Source: Octopus vulgaris
Lineage: Eukaryota
Reading direction: 5' to 3'
Assembly (NCBI GenBank): GCA_951406725.2
Contig: OX597840.1
Location: forward strand, 20,770,001 to 20,834,000
DNA: 64,000 bases
How positions within the stretch are numbered: the first letter of the stretch is position 1; each line of letters opens with the position of its first letter. Both the position numbers and the translations under genes were made by a program. This document shows positions 19,069 through 33,343 of the stretch, in pieces. The notes beneath the pieces were generated by a model. That model made no database searches. It was not told the origin of the DNA and worked only from the letters and a program-made list of their open reading frames with translations.

Positions 19069-19393
19069 CTGGAAAGAAGAAGAAGAATGAGTAAGAGCAC
19101 GAGTGTGAGTGGGACATTGAGCATGAGTGAGGGTGACATAAGGTGAGTGACTGTGGAGCATTGAGTATGAGTGAAAGTGGAATTGAGAGAGTGAGTTAAA
19201 AATGGGAGAGGATATATATATATATACATATCATCATCATCGTTTAACGTCCGTTCTCCATGCCAGCATGGGTTGGACGGTTCGACCGGGGATCTGGGAA
19301 GCCAGAAGGCTGCACCAGGCTCCAGTCTTATCTGGCAGTGTTTCTACAGCTGGATGCCCTTCCTAACGCCAACCACTCCGTGAGTGTAGTAAC

Positions 19394-19424
<31 letters not shown>

Positions 19425-19513
19425 TATACATATATACATACATATATACATACATATATATATACATATATATATACATATATACATATATACATACATA
19501 TATACATACATAT

Positions 19514-19571
<58 letters not shown>

Positions 19572-22500
19572 GAAGGTTTGAAAATGCAATTTTAAAAGGT
19601 GTTTATTCATTTGACCAGTTTCACTTTTTTAGAAAAAGATTGTCAAAAGTAAAATGTAAAGCTTTGTATAAGCTTTGTTGTGTTAAGTACTGGTTGTCAC
19701 TAAAAATTTTACAATACATATATACATCATCATCATCATTTAGCATCCGCTTTCCATGCTAGCATGGGTTGGACGGTTCAATTAGGGTCTGGGAAGCCAG
19801 AAGGCTGCATCAGGCCCAGTCTGATCTGGCAGTGTTTCTATGGCTGGATGCCCTTCCTAACGCCAACCACTCCGTGAGTGTAGTGGGTGCTTTTTATGTG
19901 CCACCCGAATAATAAGAAAATGTTAAAAGTAGTTTACAAGGAAAAATCTTGTGAAATTATTAAAAAGTTCATTGAAAATATTAGGATTTCATTATAATAA
20001 GCAGGGGAAGGGGAAGGCAGGCTTGAAATGAGTGAGAAAAAAATGTGAGGAGGAGAAATCATCATCATCATCGTTATTTAACATCCATGTTCTATACTGA
20101 CATGAGTTGAAGGGTTTGGCAAGGTCCAACAAGTCTGAAGATTGCATCATTCACCAGTGTCTATTGTGGTATAATTTCTATGGCTGGATGCTGCCCTTCC
20201 TAATGCCAACCACTTTACAAAATGGACTGGGTGCCTTTTTACGTGACACCAGCACCAGTGGGGTCACCATGCAGTTTGCAAGAAAAAGAGAGAAATGAAG
20301 AGAAGTGGAGAGAATGAGATATAGAAAGGGAGACAGATAGGGTGTTAGGTGGGGGTGAGAGAAAGGGAGAGAGAGGAGAGATAGGGGAGGTGGAGAGAGA
20401 GAGAGAGAAAGAGGGAAAGAATGAGAGAGGAGGAGGGAGAGAAAACAGAGCAGGACAAAGATGGAGAGTGTGAAAGAAAGAGAATAAGAACTAACCAGAA
20501 GCGGCTGGAACCAGCTTTACTCCTTTCCCCAGTTTATCACAGAATGTAGTGATGTGTTTACAGACTTTCGAGGAATCAGTCGGGAGGCTGAACGGTGGAG
20601 GGTTGATCGTTGTGTCTTTGGTATTCTTTGCCAGCACAGTCCGCAGCATGTGGGTGATGGCAGCGTCGACGTTCTCCTCCCAACCCTGTGAAAATGACAA
20701 ACAGACATTAAGACGAACGGACATGAAGATGAACAGACATGAAGACAAACAGACATCAAGATGAACAGATGTGAAGACAAATGGATTTGAAGGCATACAG
20801 ATGTGAAGACAAACAGATGTGAAGACATACAGATGTGAAGACAAACAGATGTGAAGACAAACAGATGTGAAGACAAACAGATGTGAAGACAAACAGATGT
20901 GAAGACAAACAGATGTGAAGACATACAGATGTGAAGACAAACAGATGTGAAGACAAACAGATGTGAAGACAAACAGATGTGAAGACAAACAGATGTGAAG
21001 ACAAACAGATGTGAAGACATACAGATGTGAAGACATACAGATGTGAAGACAAACAGATGTGAAGACAAACAGATGTGAAGACAAACAGATGTGAAGACAA
21101 ACAGATGTGAAGACAAACAGATGTGAAGACATACAGATGTGAAGACAAACAGATGTGAAGACAAACAGATGTGAAGACAAACAGATGTGAAGACAAACAG
21201 ATGTGAAGACAAACAGATGTGAAGACATACAGATGTGAAGACAAACAGATGTGAAGACATACAGATGTGAAGACAAACAGATGTGAAGACAAACAGATGT
21301 GAAGACAAACAGATGTGAAGACAAACAGATGTGAAGACAAATGGATATGAAGACATACAGACATGCCAAAACACACTCAGGAGCAAGGTGTAGGCTCCTG
21401 CCTGGCCAGCTCCTGTCAAACCATCCAACCCATGCCAGCATGGAAGGAGAACATTAAACAATGAATCATCATCATCATCATGATTTGACATCCGCTTTCC
21501 ATGCTGGCATGGGTTGGATGGTTTGACTGAGAACTGATAAGTTGAGGAGCTGCACCAGGCTCCAATCTGATATGGCAAGGTTTCTACAGCTGGATGCCCT
21601 TCCTAACACCAACCACTCCAAGAGTGTAGTGGGTGTTTTTTACGTGCCACCAGCATGGGTTCCAGTTATGAAACACCGGCATCGGCCACAACTATGATTG
21701 ATGCCTGTGGTTTGTAGTCGAGGCCAATGTCGGTGTTAAAATTTCAAAGCTACAAGATGATGCATGATTCACTGAAAATGATGTGAATAAATAAACGATG
21801 CATTTGACAGAGAAATCTGAAAGCTGAAAGATTAAAGCAACAGCTTGGAAACACACCAGCAGCGAAGTGAATGGGGAAAGTTTGGTGTGCAATATATATA
21901 TATATATACAGACGTACAAGTTTATCTTGGGCTGGGCTCACTAGTCGCAGGTGGAGCCACAGGTGTGAAGTGTAAGTTTGTCTGACTGCACAATAGTCTT
22001 AATGACCAGTGACGGCCTTAGTCCACAGGTGGACAACCATCATAAATATCATCATCATTGTCATCAGTTAATGTCTGTTTTCCATGCTGGCATGGGTTGG
22101 ATGGTTTGATAGCAGCTGGCTAGGCAGAAGGCTGCACCATGCTTCGCTATCTGTTGTGGCATGGTTTCTACAGCTCTTTGCCCTTCCTGATGCTAACCAC
22201 TTCAGTGAATGTGCCAGGTGCTTTTCCACAGCACCAGTACAGTTGCCTTTTACATGCCACTGGCACCCACAAGCCCACAAGATTAGGAAACGAGAGATGA
22301 AGAGCTTAGAATGCAGTAGAGGTGGAATGAGCTGAAAAACATAGTAGGGGAGGACGTACCTGATGGCTGTTGTTATTGATGATGGGAGACAGGACTGTGT
22401 TAAGGACAGCAAACTCCTGGTCAGTCATGTGGCCCGGGTACCAAAGACGTATGAGGAGATTTAAGAGAGACGTACCACAGCTGAGATGGTCAGAGGCCAG

Positions 22501-23829
22501 TTCCAGCTCCCTCTGGTTCCCTTCGATCATTTCAGACAGAAGAAGGATCTGCAATGAGATAACGCAACATACATTTGATGGTAACTACGTGTTATTCATT
22601 AAGTATGGTGGTGACAGTGAGAGAGGATGGTGGTGATGGTGGTTGTTGGGGGAGATGGTAGTGGTGGGGGAAGGTGGTGGTGTTGTTCATGGTGGTGCCT
22701 GTGATGGGGGTGGCTGTGGTGGTGGTGTTGGTGGTGATGGTGTTAATGATGATGGTGGTGGTGGTGGTAGTGGTGATGGTGCTAATGATGATGGTGGTGG
22801 TGGTGGTGGTGGCATTGGTGCTTTTTTTGGTGAGGTAGTGCTGGTAGTGGCACCGGTGCTGGTAGTGGTGTTAATGACGATGGTGGTGGTGGTGGTGGTA
22901 GTGGTGATGGTGGTGGTGGTGGTGGTGGTAGTGGTGATGGTGGCTGTGTGGTAGTGGTGATGGTGCTAATGATGGTGATGGCATTGGTGCTTTTTTGGTG
23001 GGGTAGTGCTGGTAGTGGTGTTAATGGTGGCACTAGTGTTAGTGATTGCGGTGGTGGTGTTTTTTGGGGGGGGGGGGGGCGGGGGGGCACTGGTGGTTGT
23101 GCACCCCAAAATCGCATGGTTCCAAACCAACCTTCTTAACCACACAGCCATGCCTACACCACAGCAAATAGATGGAACAGTCATGGCCGGAATGCCACTG
23201 ACAAATCAGGCTTGGTGTGGTAAAGTAAACATCAACAACAACAACAGCAACATGAACGTTTGCTCACCTGATGGTAGGTTTCTTCCAGAAGGATGTCCAA
23301 CCCAACAAGATGCAAAGGGGACTTGTCCTTGTATTTGATTAAGAGACGCCTCTGAATGGCACGGAACTGTGCCGCCTTCGTTGCCAGCTCCTCTTTGCAC
23401 CGTTCCACTTCTTGACGATGCTGCAACATGTTGGAATGGTATAAGAGATTGAAACGGTAAAGGGGAAAAAGAAAAACAACAGAAAAAAAACAAACAAGGA
23501 ACAGAAGAGCAAAATTCTTCCCCCAAAATAACAATTATTGCTTATCCATCATCCTCTTCATCATCATCATCCTCCTCTTCATCATCATCATCATCCTCTT
23601 CATCATCATCATCATCCTCTTCATCATCATCATCCTCTTCATCATCATCATCATCCTCTTCATCATCATCATCATCATCTTCATCATCATCATCCTCCTC
23701 TTCATCACCATCATCATCATTCTCATCATCATCATCATCCTCTTCATCATCATAATCACCATCATCATCATTCTCTTCATCATCATCATCATCGTCTTCA
23801 TCATCATCATCATAATCACCATCATCATC

Positions 23830-23865
<36 letters not shown>

Positions 23866-25191
23866 TTCATCATCATCATCATCCTCTTCATCATCATCAT
23901 CATCCTCTTCATCATCATCATCATCATCCTCTTCATCATCATCCTCTTCACCTTCATCATCACCATCATCATCCTCGTCTTCCTCATCACCATCATCCTC
24001 ATCGTCATCACCACCACCCTCCTCCTCATCATCATCATCATCATCATCCTCTTCATCATCATCCTCTTCACCTTCATCATCACCATCATCATCCTCGTCT
24101 TCCTCATCACCATCATCCTCATCGTCATCACCACCACCCTCCTCCTCATCATCATCATCATCATCATCCTCTTCATCATCATCCTCTTCATCATCATCAT
24201 CACCATCATCATCCTCGTCTTCCTCATCACCATCATCCTCATCGTCATCACCACCACCCTCCTCCTCCTCCTCATCATCATCATCATAATCATCATCCCC
24301 ATCATCATTATCTTCATCACCATCATCATCATCATCATCATCATCTAACATCCGTTGTCCATGCTGGCATGGGTTGGAGAGTTTGACCAGAGCTGGCAAG
24401 GCTGGTGAGCTGCACCATACTTCTGAGTGTGTTTCGGCCCTTCCTAACACCGACTACCCCACAGAGTGTGCTGGGTGCTTTTACGTGGCACCGGCTTTAA
24501 ATAATAACAATAATAATCTTTTCTACTATAGACATGAGGGCTGAAATTTTGGGGGAGGGGACTAGTTGATTACATCAACCCCAATGCGTAACTGGTACTT
24601 ATTTCATCAATCCCAAGAAGATAAAAGGCAAGGTCGACCTTGGTGGAATTTGAATTCAGAATGTAAGGATGGACGAAATGCCACTAAGCATTTTGCCCAG
24701 TGCGGTAATGATTCTGCCAGCTCACCATCTTGATGATGATGATGATGTAATATAAATGAAATGTCAAATGTTTTGATGCATGACTTTTGGGCCATACTGC
24801 ATAATATACACACACACACATAATGGGCTTCCTCACAGTTTTCGTTTAGCAGTTTCATTCATAAGGCATTAGTCAACCCGGGACCATGGTATAAAACATT
24901 TACTCAACATGCTGTGCAGCGGAACTGAACCTGAAACCTCGTGGTTGCAGAGTGAGCTTCTTAAACCACACAACCATATATACTCTTTACTTTTTTACTT
25001 GTTTCAGTCATTTGACTGCGGCCATGCTGGAGCACCACCTTTAGTCAAGCAAATCGACCCCGGGACTTATTCTCTGTAAGCCCAGTACTTGTTCTATCGG
25101 TCTCTTTTGCCGAACCACTAAGTGACGGGGACGTAAACACACCAGCATCGGTTGTCAAGCAATGCTAGGGGGGACAAACACAGACATACAA

Positions 25192-25228
<37 letters not shown>

Positions 25229-26397
25229 CGACAGGCTTCTTTCAGTTTCCGTCTACCAAATCCACTCACAAGGCATTGGTCGGCCCGAGGCTATAGCAGA
25301 AGACACTTGCCCAAGATGCCACGCAGTGGGACTGAACCCGGAACCATGTGGTTGGTAAGCAAGCTACTTACCACACAGCCACTCCTGCGCCTATGGATAT
25401 GTAAAAAAAAAAACGATGATCCAAACCTCTAAATGTATGTTGATCAGTTCAAAATACTCCGGGAGAGGAAGATGGCTGCTAAATCCCAGCTTGAAATCAC
25501 TGTTTCTGTCGTGCTCAAAGTTCTTCTTCAGCCTCCGCACTAATTCCTCGCACAAAATGTACATCGCTTCAAATTTATCACACTGGATCCGGTAACGATC
25601 TGCAACCAGATAAAAAAAAAACACAAACACATAGTTTTTACATAATTACACAACAGATCGTTATTATTATATTTAATAACTAGCAATATCACCCGGCGTT
25701 GCTCGGGTTTGTTTCGACCCTTTAGAATTGGAATTTTTGAAAAGTAAAAACTTTGCATTATGTAGCTTGTTAATCTCTTCAAGTGAACATTTTTCTGGTT
25801 GAAATACACCGAAAAATGGTGACACAGCAGTCAAATAATCATAAAAAATAGGGATTTTCATAGAAAAAAAGCACCTTTTTGATGTAAATAATCTTTGGTG
25901 TTAACATGGTCCGATTTGAATTTTTTCTTCTACGGAAGGAAGAGCAAGCCTTCTTCTATCATACTCTCAATTTTGGTCAACTTGCGCTGCAGGGTCTTGG
26001 AGGAGATAGTGTTAGTTGAAGGCTACCAAACCTGCCACACCCAGACAACTTCAGCTTTATATATACAGAGATATTATTTGCTGTGACCCCCTTCATGAGT
26101 GACCATGGGATTGCACCTAGAAAGTTACCCTCTGAGGCACAAGTCCGGGCAAAGTTGTTTATGGAAGACCAGCAGTCGCCCATGCATACCAGCCTCCCCT
26201 CTCTATGGCACCGATGTTATCCAAGGGAAAGGCAAAGGGGCCGATACAGCTTGGCACCAGTGACGTCGCAACTCATTTATTAAGATGCAAGTGGCTGAAC
26301 ACTTCACAGACACGTGTACCCTTAATGTAGTTCTCAGAGAGATTCAGCGTGACATAGAGTGTGACAAGGCTGGCCCTTTGAAATACAAGTACAATAG

Positions 26398-26452
<55 letters not shown>

Positions 26453-29400
26453 CATTATTGAAGCTGGTGTGCTGGCACAACTGTTAGCACACCGAGTGAA
26501 ATGCTCAGTGGTATTTCATTTGCTGCCACGTTCTGTGTTCAAATTCCACCGAGGTTGACTTTGCCTTTCATCCTGTCGGGGTCAATAAATTAAGTATCAG
26601 TGAAACACTAGGGGTCGATGTAATCGACTTAATCCCCTCCCATCTAATTTCAGGCCTTGTGCAGAAAGGGTCTGTATTATTATGAGGAAAAGTTTTCTTT
26701 TGTTAGAAGGAGATGTTAATGAAATGATACAAAAATAATCAAAAAAACTGTAGAAAAAAGTAGAATTATAAAATGAGAGGGAGGAGAGAGAGAAAGGAGA
26801 AATGTGAGAGGTGAAAGAAAGAAAGGATGAGAGAAAGAAAGGAAGAGAGAAAGAAAGGAAGAGTGAAAGAAAGAAAGGAAGATAGAAAGAAAGAAAGGAA
26901 GAGAGAAAGAAAGAAAGAAAGGAAGAGAGAAAAAAAGAAAGGGAGAAAGAAAGAAAGAAAGAAAGAAACCAACACACAAACAAACAAAGGAAAAAGGAAT
27001 GAAGGAATAGAGAAGAAAGAAAGAGAGGAAGAGAGAAGGAAAGAAAGCATGAAAAATGAGTGGTGAATTCTTTGGATAGATTGTGGCATCACACATACCT
27101 GACTTTGAAGCAAGAATTGTAACGATCGTCCCGTTGAGGTATTCACAGCCCACCACTGAGTTGGAACCTGAGCCACTAGGATCTGTTAAGTCTAACACAC
27201 AGACAGAAACAAGATATCAATTAAACTGATTAAATGAATGTTCATTAAAAGGAAGCATTTAATAAAGAAAGCAGCTTATTAATTAGTTGTGATTACGTAA
27301 CTTTTACTAAAAGAAATCAATTATCAAAGTCTTTACTGTCTACAAAAATCTTATAATTTCCAAATTTTATATATATGACGGGCCTCCGTGCCGGTGGAAC
27401 ATAAAAGGCACCATCCAACCATGGCCGTTTGCCAGCCTAGTCTGGCACCTGTGCCGGTGGCACGTAAAAACCACCCACTACACTCATGGAGTGGTTGGCA
27501 TTAGGAAAGGCATCCAGCCATAGAAACATTGCCAGATCAGACTGGGCCTGGTGCAGCCTTCTGGCTTCCCAGACCCCAGTTGAACCGGCCAACCCATGCT
27601 AGCATGGAAAGCAGACGTTAAACGATGATGATGATATATATATATATATATTTATATAGTCAATCCAAACATGAACAAGCAAGAAAAAACAACAACACGT
27701 GGATGTGGAATAAGTACAGTGTTATTGGACGCTGAGGAAAGGACAAAATGTGGTTTTCAAACTTCTTTTATTATTGACTAACTTAAAAGTCACATTCCGT
27801 GCAGACCTTTAAAATAGCTCCTGCAGAGGGTTAATTGGATTTGTGGCCCAAAACAAAACAGGGCTAAAAAGCATGACTATAATACATCTATAATGACTTA
27901 TATGCCTCAGGGGATGTTTGATCAGAGGTTAAGGACGGATGGGAATTAATTCTGTAATGCAATCATTCTATTGTTCCAGTTGCAAGTTCAATCCCAACTG
28001 TTGGCCAATTTGTCCCAAATTTCTTATCACAATGTGTATAATGCGATGGATGTATATTAATCTATGTGTACATGTGATGTGTATATATTAATCTGTGTAT
28101 AAATTAATCTATGCACTGTGCTGTATATAGTAGCCCACCTTTGCCTGTTCCATCCATCACATGTGATATAAAGGACATATTTCCCTGCTGTCCATGCTTT
28201 ATATATGATATACGTTCCCATTTCTTTTCCAGCCACAATGAAAGCTTTATATTAGTCAGACTGTGTGAAACAAGGTCCGACTGAAAGTTAGGAAACAAGC
28301 AAGGATGCTTAGGACAACCTTATGAAAATACTTTGGGTAGGCAAAGGGTTCGAGAATAAATCTGTAGACCTAAACCTTTGAAGGTGGTGCCCCAGCATGG
28401 TCGCAGTCAAACGACTGAAACAAGAGAAAGAAAGAAGGCGTAATCCAAGGAGAATGATGAGGAGAAGAAAGAAAGGAAGGAAAAAAAAGGTGAAGAACCT
28501 GGGAAAATCTTGTTTAAATTCAAAGATGCTTTGTTTGAGTCAATGGTGATCTTGTAGTTGGCATTCTTCATTGGAACTGCTGGCTTCACGACTAAACGGA
28601 GTGGTAGTCTCAGATCAGTCACCACTCGTCGGCTGCTTCCTGGAATTACAGACAATGTGGCATTAACAACAACAACAGCAACAACAACATTCTATCATCT
28701 GTTCTAACTTTTTATGGGACCCCTGATAACCCTTTCGTTGCCATATTTCTCTTGAAATACACATTCTTTGGTTCAATTAATTTTGGGAAATATTGAAGAA
28801 TTTAGAGAAACAACTTTGTCATTATTAACCCTGTTCGTTACCATATTTCTGGTAACGATTACGGTGATTTCAGACACAGCATTGTATAAAATGGACATTG
28901 TTTGCTTACCTGAAGATGGTCGCAGGTAACTGGTGCAAACTTGGACAGCTAGGCTGGTCGGCAGGTCTAATGAGGAAGGGTACACACACATAATGGTTTC
29001 ATGGGGTCGATTCGGCTCTGAGGAGCAGAAGAAGAGATAAATACCAATTAGAGCAATGTAACAATAACAACAATAATAATAATAATAATTAAAAGAAAAA
29101 ACATTTGAGCGAGGTCGTTGCCAGTGCTACTGGACTGGCTGCTGTGCAGGTGGCACATAAAAAACACCATTTGAGCGTGGCCACTGCCAGCACCGCCTGA
29201 CTGGGCCTCGTGCTGGTGGCACATAAAAGCACCCACTACACTCTCGGAGTGGTTGGCATTAGGAAGGGCATCCATCTGTAGAAACTCTGCCAGATCAAGA
29301 TTGGAGCCTGGTGCAGCGATCTGGTTTGCCAGTCCTCAGTCGAACCGTCCAACCCATGCTAGCAAGGGAAGTGGACGTTAAACGATGATGATGATGATGA

Positions 29401-32400
29401 TGAATAATCCTTTCTACTGGAAACACAAGGTCTCAAATTTTGGGGAAGGGATTAAATCGATTACATCGACTCCAGTGCATAACTGGTATTTATTTAATCA
29501 CCCCCGAATGGATGAAAGGAAAAGTTGACCTTGGTGGAATTAGAACTCAGCAGACAAAATATTGCTAAGCATTTCATTCAGAGTGCTAATGATTCTGCCA
29601 GCTCACCACCTTCAATAATAATAATAATAATAATAAAAATAAATAATAATAATAATAATAATAGTCGTCATCATCATCATCGTTTAACGTCCGTTTTCCA
29701 TGCTAGCATGGGTTGGACGGTTAGCATGGGTAATAATAATTTATACAAAACTCACTGACCATGTGGTGAACTGAACTGACAGCATGGGGAGATAAGCTGG
29801 GAGAGGTAAATATCAAAAGAGGAATCTTTCAAGGGGACGGTCTGTCACCTCTCCTATTTGTTGTCTGAATACTACCGTTAATGAGTGTTTTAAGAAAGAT
29901 GCATGTGGGGTACATGCTAGGCAGGGTGAAAGTAAACAGCCCCCAGTACCTGACTGATACTTTATTTCAGTGACCCCAGAAGGAACAGAGGCGAAATCAA
30001 CTTCAGCAGAATTTGAACTCAGAGCCAGAAGGAAAGCTGCTAACGTTTTTGTCCAGTATAAATACAAACGATTCTGCCTTCTTGACGACCACGACGACGG
30101 CGACGAGGAGAGGAGGAGGGGATTTGAAACAAGTTAATCTCATTACTTCACAGTAAATCCCCCACCCCGTTGGGAGGAAGCGGGAGAGTGAAAGGCAAAT
30201 TTGAATTTGGGACGTAAAGAACCAGAGCAAATGTTTGCGAATGTGATGGGTAGGGTGGGGAGTGTCAGTCGATACCATCGACCCCCAGTATTCGACTGGT
30301 ATTTCATTTTAATTGCCACCTGAGAGATAAAATGCGAAGTTGTCGAAGGCGGAGTTTGAACACGGAACGTAAAGAGCCAGAGCAAATTCCGCAAATCATC
30401 TAAAAAAATAAAATGGACACTGAATAATTAAAGCAGGTCAGTGGGGGAGTTCCCTTTTTTCTTTTTTTTTTTTTTCTTGGTTAATTAAAATCGAACATTT
30501 CGTAGCGAGGAAAGGAAAATAACAGTCAAAGTGGTAATCGGGAAATTATTTCGAAACCAAAAATCCAAGGGAGATAACTTTTAACTACAAGAGTTGTTTC
30601 CCTTGGACCTGCTTTCGCATTGCTATAAATATGATTTGGTGTCTCAAAAGTCACAGGTAGGTTTCAATTTTTAATAACTTCCTTAACTTTACAAGAAGAT
30701 GGATGAAATTTTGATACAGTATAAAGGACATAATGGAAATTAATATGCGCGGGTCAAATTTTGTAACACCCCTACATCACATACGAAGAATGACATCGTT
30801 TAAATGGCGGCCATTTTCGGCATCGCACGCCCGTGTTCTTTCCAAAACCTGCACTGTAACACCCTCAAGAATTTCAGACCCCACTTCTCTGATTTATCTA
30901 TTGGTGTTGTCCTTCAGTTGCACCAGGGTTTCCGGTTTGTTGACGTAACTCCACTCTTTCAGGTATCCCCCACAAGGAAAAATCCGGGCTTTTTCATGGT
31001 GACATGCGTCAGGCAGAGTTTATTGAAGCAGATTTTCCATGGTCCTATGTCCTTCCTTTTGCTTGTATGTGTGCATGTTTTTAAAGGCAGAAACGTTAGC
31101 ACGACGGGCGAAACGCTTAGCGGTATTTTGTCTGCCGCTACGTTCTGAGTTCAAATTCTGCCGAGGTCGACTTTGCCTTTCATCCTTTCGGAGTCAATTA
31201 AATAAGTACCAGTTACGCACTGGGGTCGATGTAATCGACTTGATCCCTTTGTCTGTCCTTGTTTGTCCCCTCTGTGTATAGCCCCTTGTGGGCAGTAAAG
31301 AAATAAGTATTTCGTCTGCCCCTACGTTCTGGGTTCAAATTCCACCAAGATCGACTTTGCCTTTCATTCCTTCGGGGTCAATTAAATAAGTACCAGTTAC
31401 GCACTGGGGTCGATATAATCGACTTAATCTGTTTGTATGTCCATGTTTGTCCCCTCTGTGTATAGCCCCTTCTGGGCAGTAAAGAAGTAAGTATGTGTGT
31501 GTGTATTTGTTTGTGTGTGTGTGCGTGTTTGTGTGTGTTCGTGATTTTGTGTGTGCATGCGTGTGTATGTAAATTGTGTGATTGTTGTAAACAAGCATCA
31601 CTGTCATACAAGTGGAGTGATCTGTTTGCAATCTTCTGTGAAACTATGTCCAGCCATGAGGGAAGTATAACTTTGGTTGGCAACAGGAAGGGCACCTGGC
31701 CGTAGAGAACCTGCCTGTCACATGCTAGCACAGAAAGTGGACATCAACCAATGAAGACATCATGTGCTTGCTTCTTATTTGACCAGCACTGACCAATAGC
31801 TAGACAACAACAACCCTGAACAGATGAACAGATATACAAGGGGGTAGGGCTGAAAAGTTCCTGACTTTTGGGCAAAAGAAAATAGAGGAGGATCAGTTAA
31901 TTATGATTTTATTCAACATATACTCCTCTCAGATTCACACACTTATTGCAGTGGTCCTTCAGTTTTTCTAAGCCCTATAGAAGAACTTGGAAGGTTGGAC
32001 AACACCCTTAAAGCCACAAACTTTTCAGACCCCTTCACATATATATATATATATATCCCTATTTCTTGGAGAGGCAAGGGCACTTAAGAGAGAGGGAAAT
32101 GAATGAATGAATGAATGAATGTATATATGAGGTGGGGCTGAAAAGCTCTTGGCGTTGGGAAAAAGAAAATACGGGAGGGTCAGTTAATTATGATTTTATG
32201 GTTTTATTCCACATATTCCCCTCTCAGATTCAACCAGATATTGCAGCGATCCTTCAGTTTTTCTAAACCCTCTAAAAGAACTCGGAAGTTGGCCCTCCAA
32301 CCAGGCCTTTTGTGACACCCTTAAAGCCAGGAACATTTTTCAGCAACCCCTCATATAAGAAATTCGAAACTCACCCAGTTTGCTGAGGTGGAATTCTGGT

Positions 32401-33298
32401 TTCTCAGCAGTTATGTGGTTCCCAACACAGATCTGGCAGTTCACATTCTCCAGAACAGTTTTGCACTTGAACACAATCTGTAATGGAAGCAATTGATGAA
32501 AGCACGGTAATGATAGCTGTTGAATAAAGCACACCTAACATTGCCGCGGAAACTAGTGTGCCATGAGACAATGCTAGGTGTGCCGCAGTGTAAAAAAATG
32601 TAAAATGTGCCCTTTTGAAAGCCTAGCCAGGTTCATGGGCCCGATTTCTCGGTTTCAATGGCATATGTGTTCCCCAGCTGGACGGGACGCCAGTCCATCG
32701 CAGGTTGCCGCAGTGTAACCTGAATGTAATTTTTTTTTTTTTTCTAGTTACATTTTCAGTCTAGGTGTGCCACCAAAATTTGAAAATAATACAAGTGTGC
32801 CACAGGTGGAAAAAGGTTGCAGGGCATTGGAATAAAGCAGAGTAAGGATGGCTGTTGAATAAAGGAAAGTGTAATATGGGGAACTGTAAATATGAGGAAC
32901 AAAATGTGATTGACCTACATCTCTGGGTTGACTGTCCAGCCGGATTAAATCTGAGACGTGCCCTACCCGTCTGGCCTATCACTAGAACTTATGACTAATT
33001 CCCTTTCTAGCTCACACATCTACATACATCCATCCACTTCTGCTGGCTGAAACCATAGAGACCCATGCTGGCCCTACATTCACCTCCTTCCTCACTGACT
33101 GGCCCTTGAACTGGTAGCACATAAAAACACCCACTACACTCTCGGAGTGGTTGGTGTTAAGAAGGGCATCCAGCTATAGAAACTCTGCCAGATTAGACTG
33201 GAGCCTGGTGCAGCCATCTGGTTCCGCCAGTCCTCAGTCAAATTGTCCAACCCATGCTAGCATGGAAAGCGGATGTTAAACGATGATGATGATGATGA

Positions 33299-33343
<45 letters not shown>

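Noticed and set aside
20700-21362. Long ORFs (316 and 353 aa) through the 16-bp repeat, or a CRISPR array
   Set aside because: Stop-free minisatellite in an intron; only the last 63-64 codons of the 316-aa ORF are real (exon 20)
23535-24450. His-rich, Asp/Glu-rich or Met-rich proteins
   Set aside because: (CAT)n intronic repeat read in different frames
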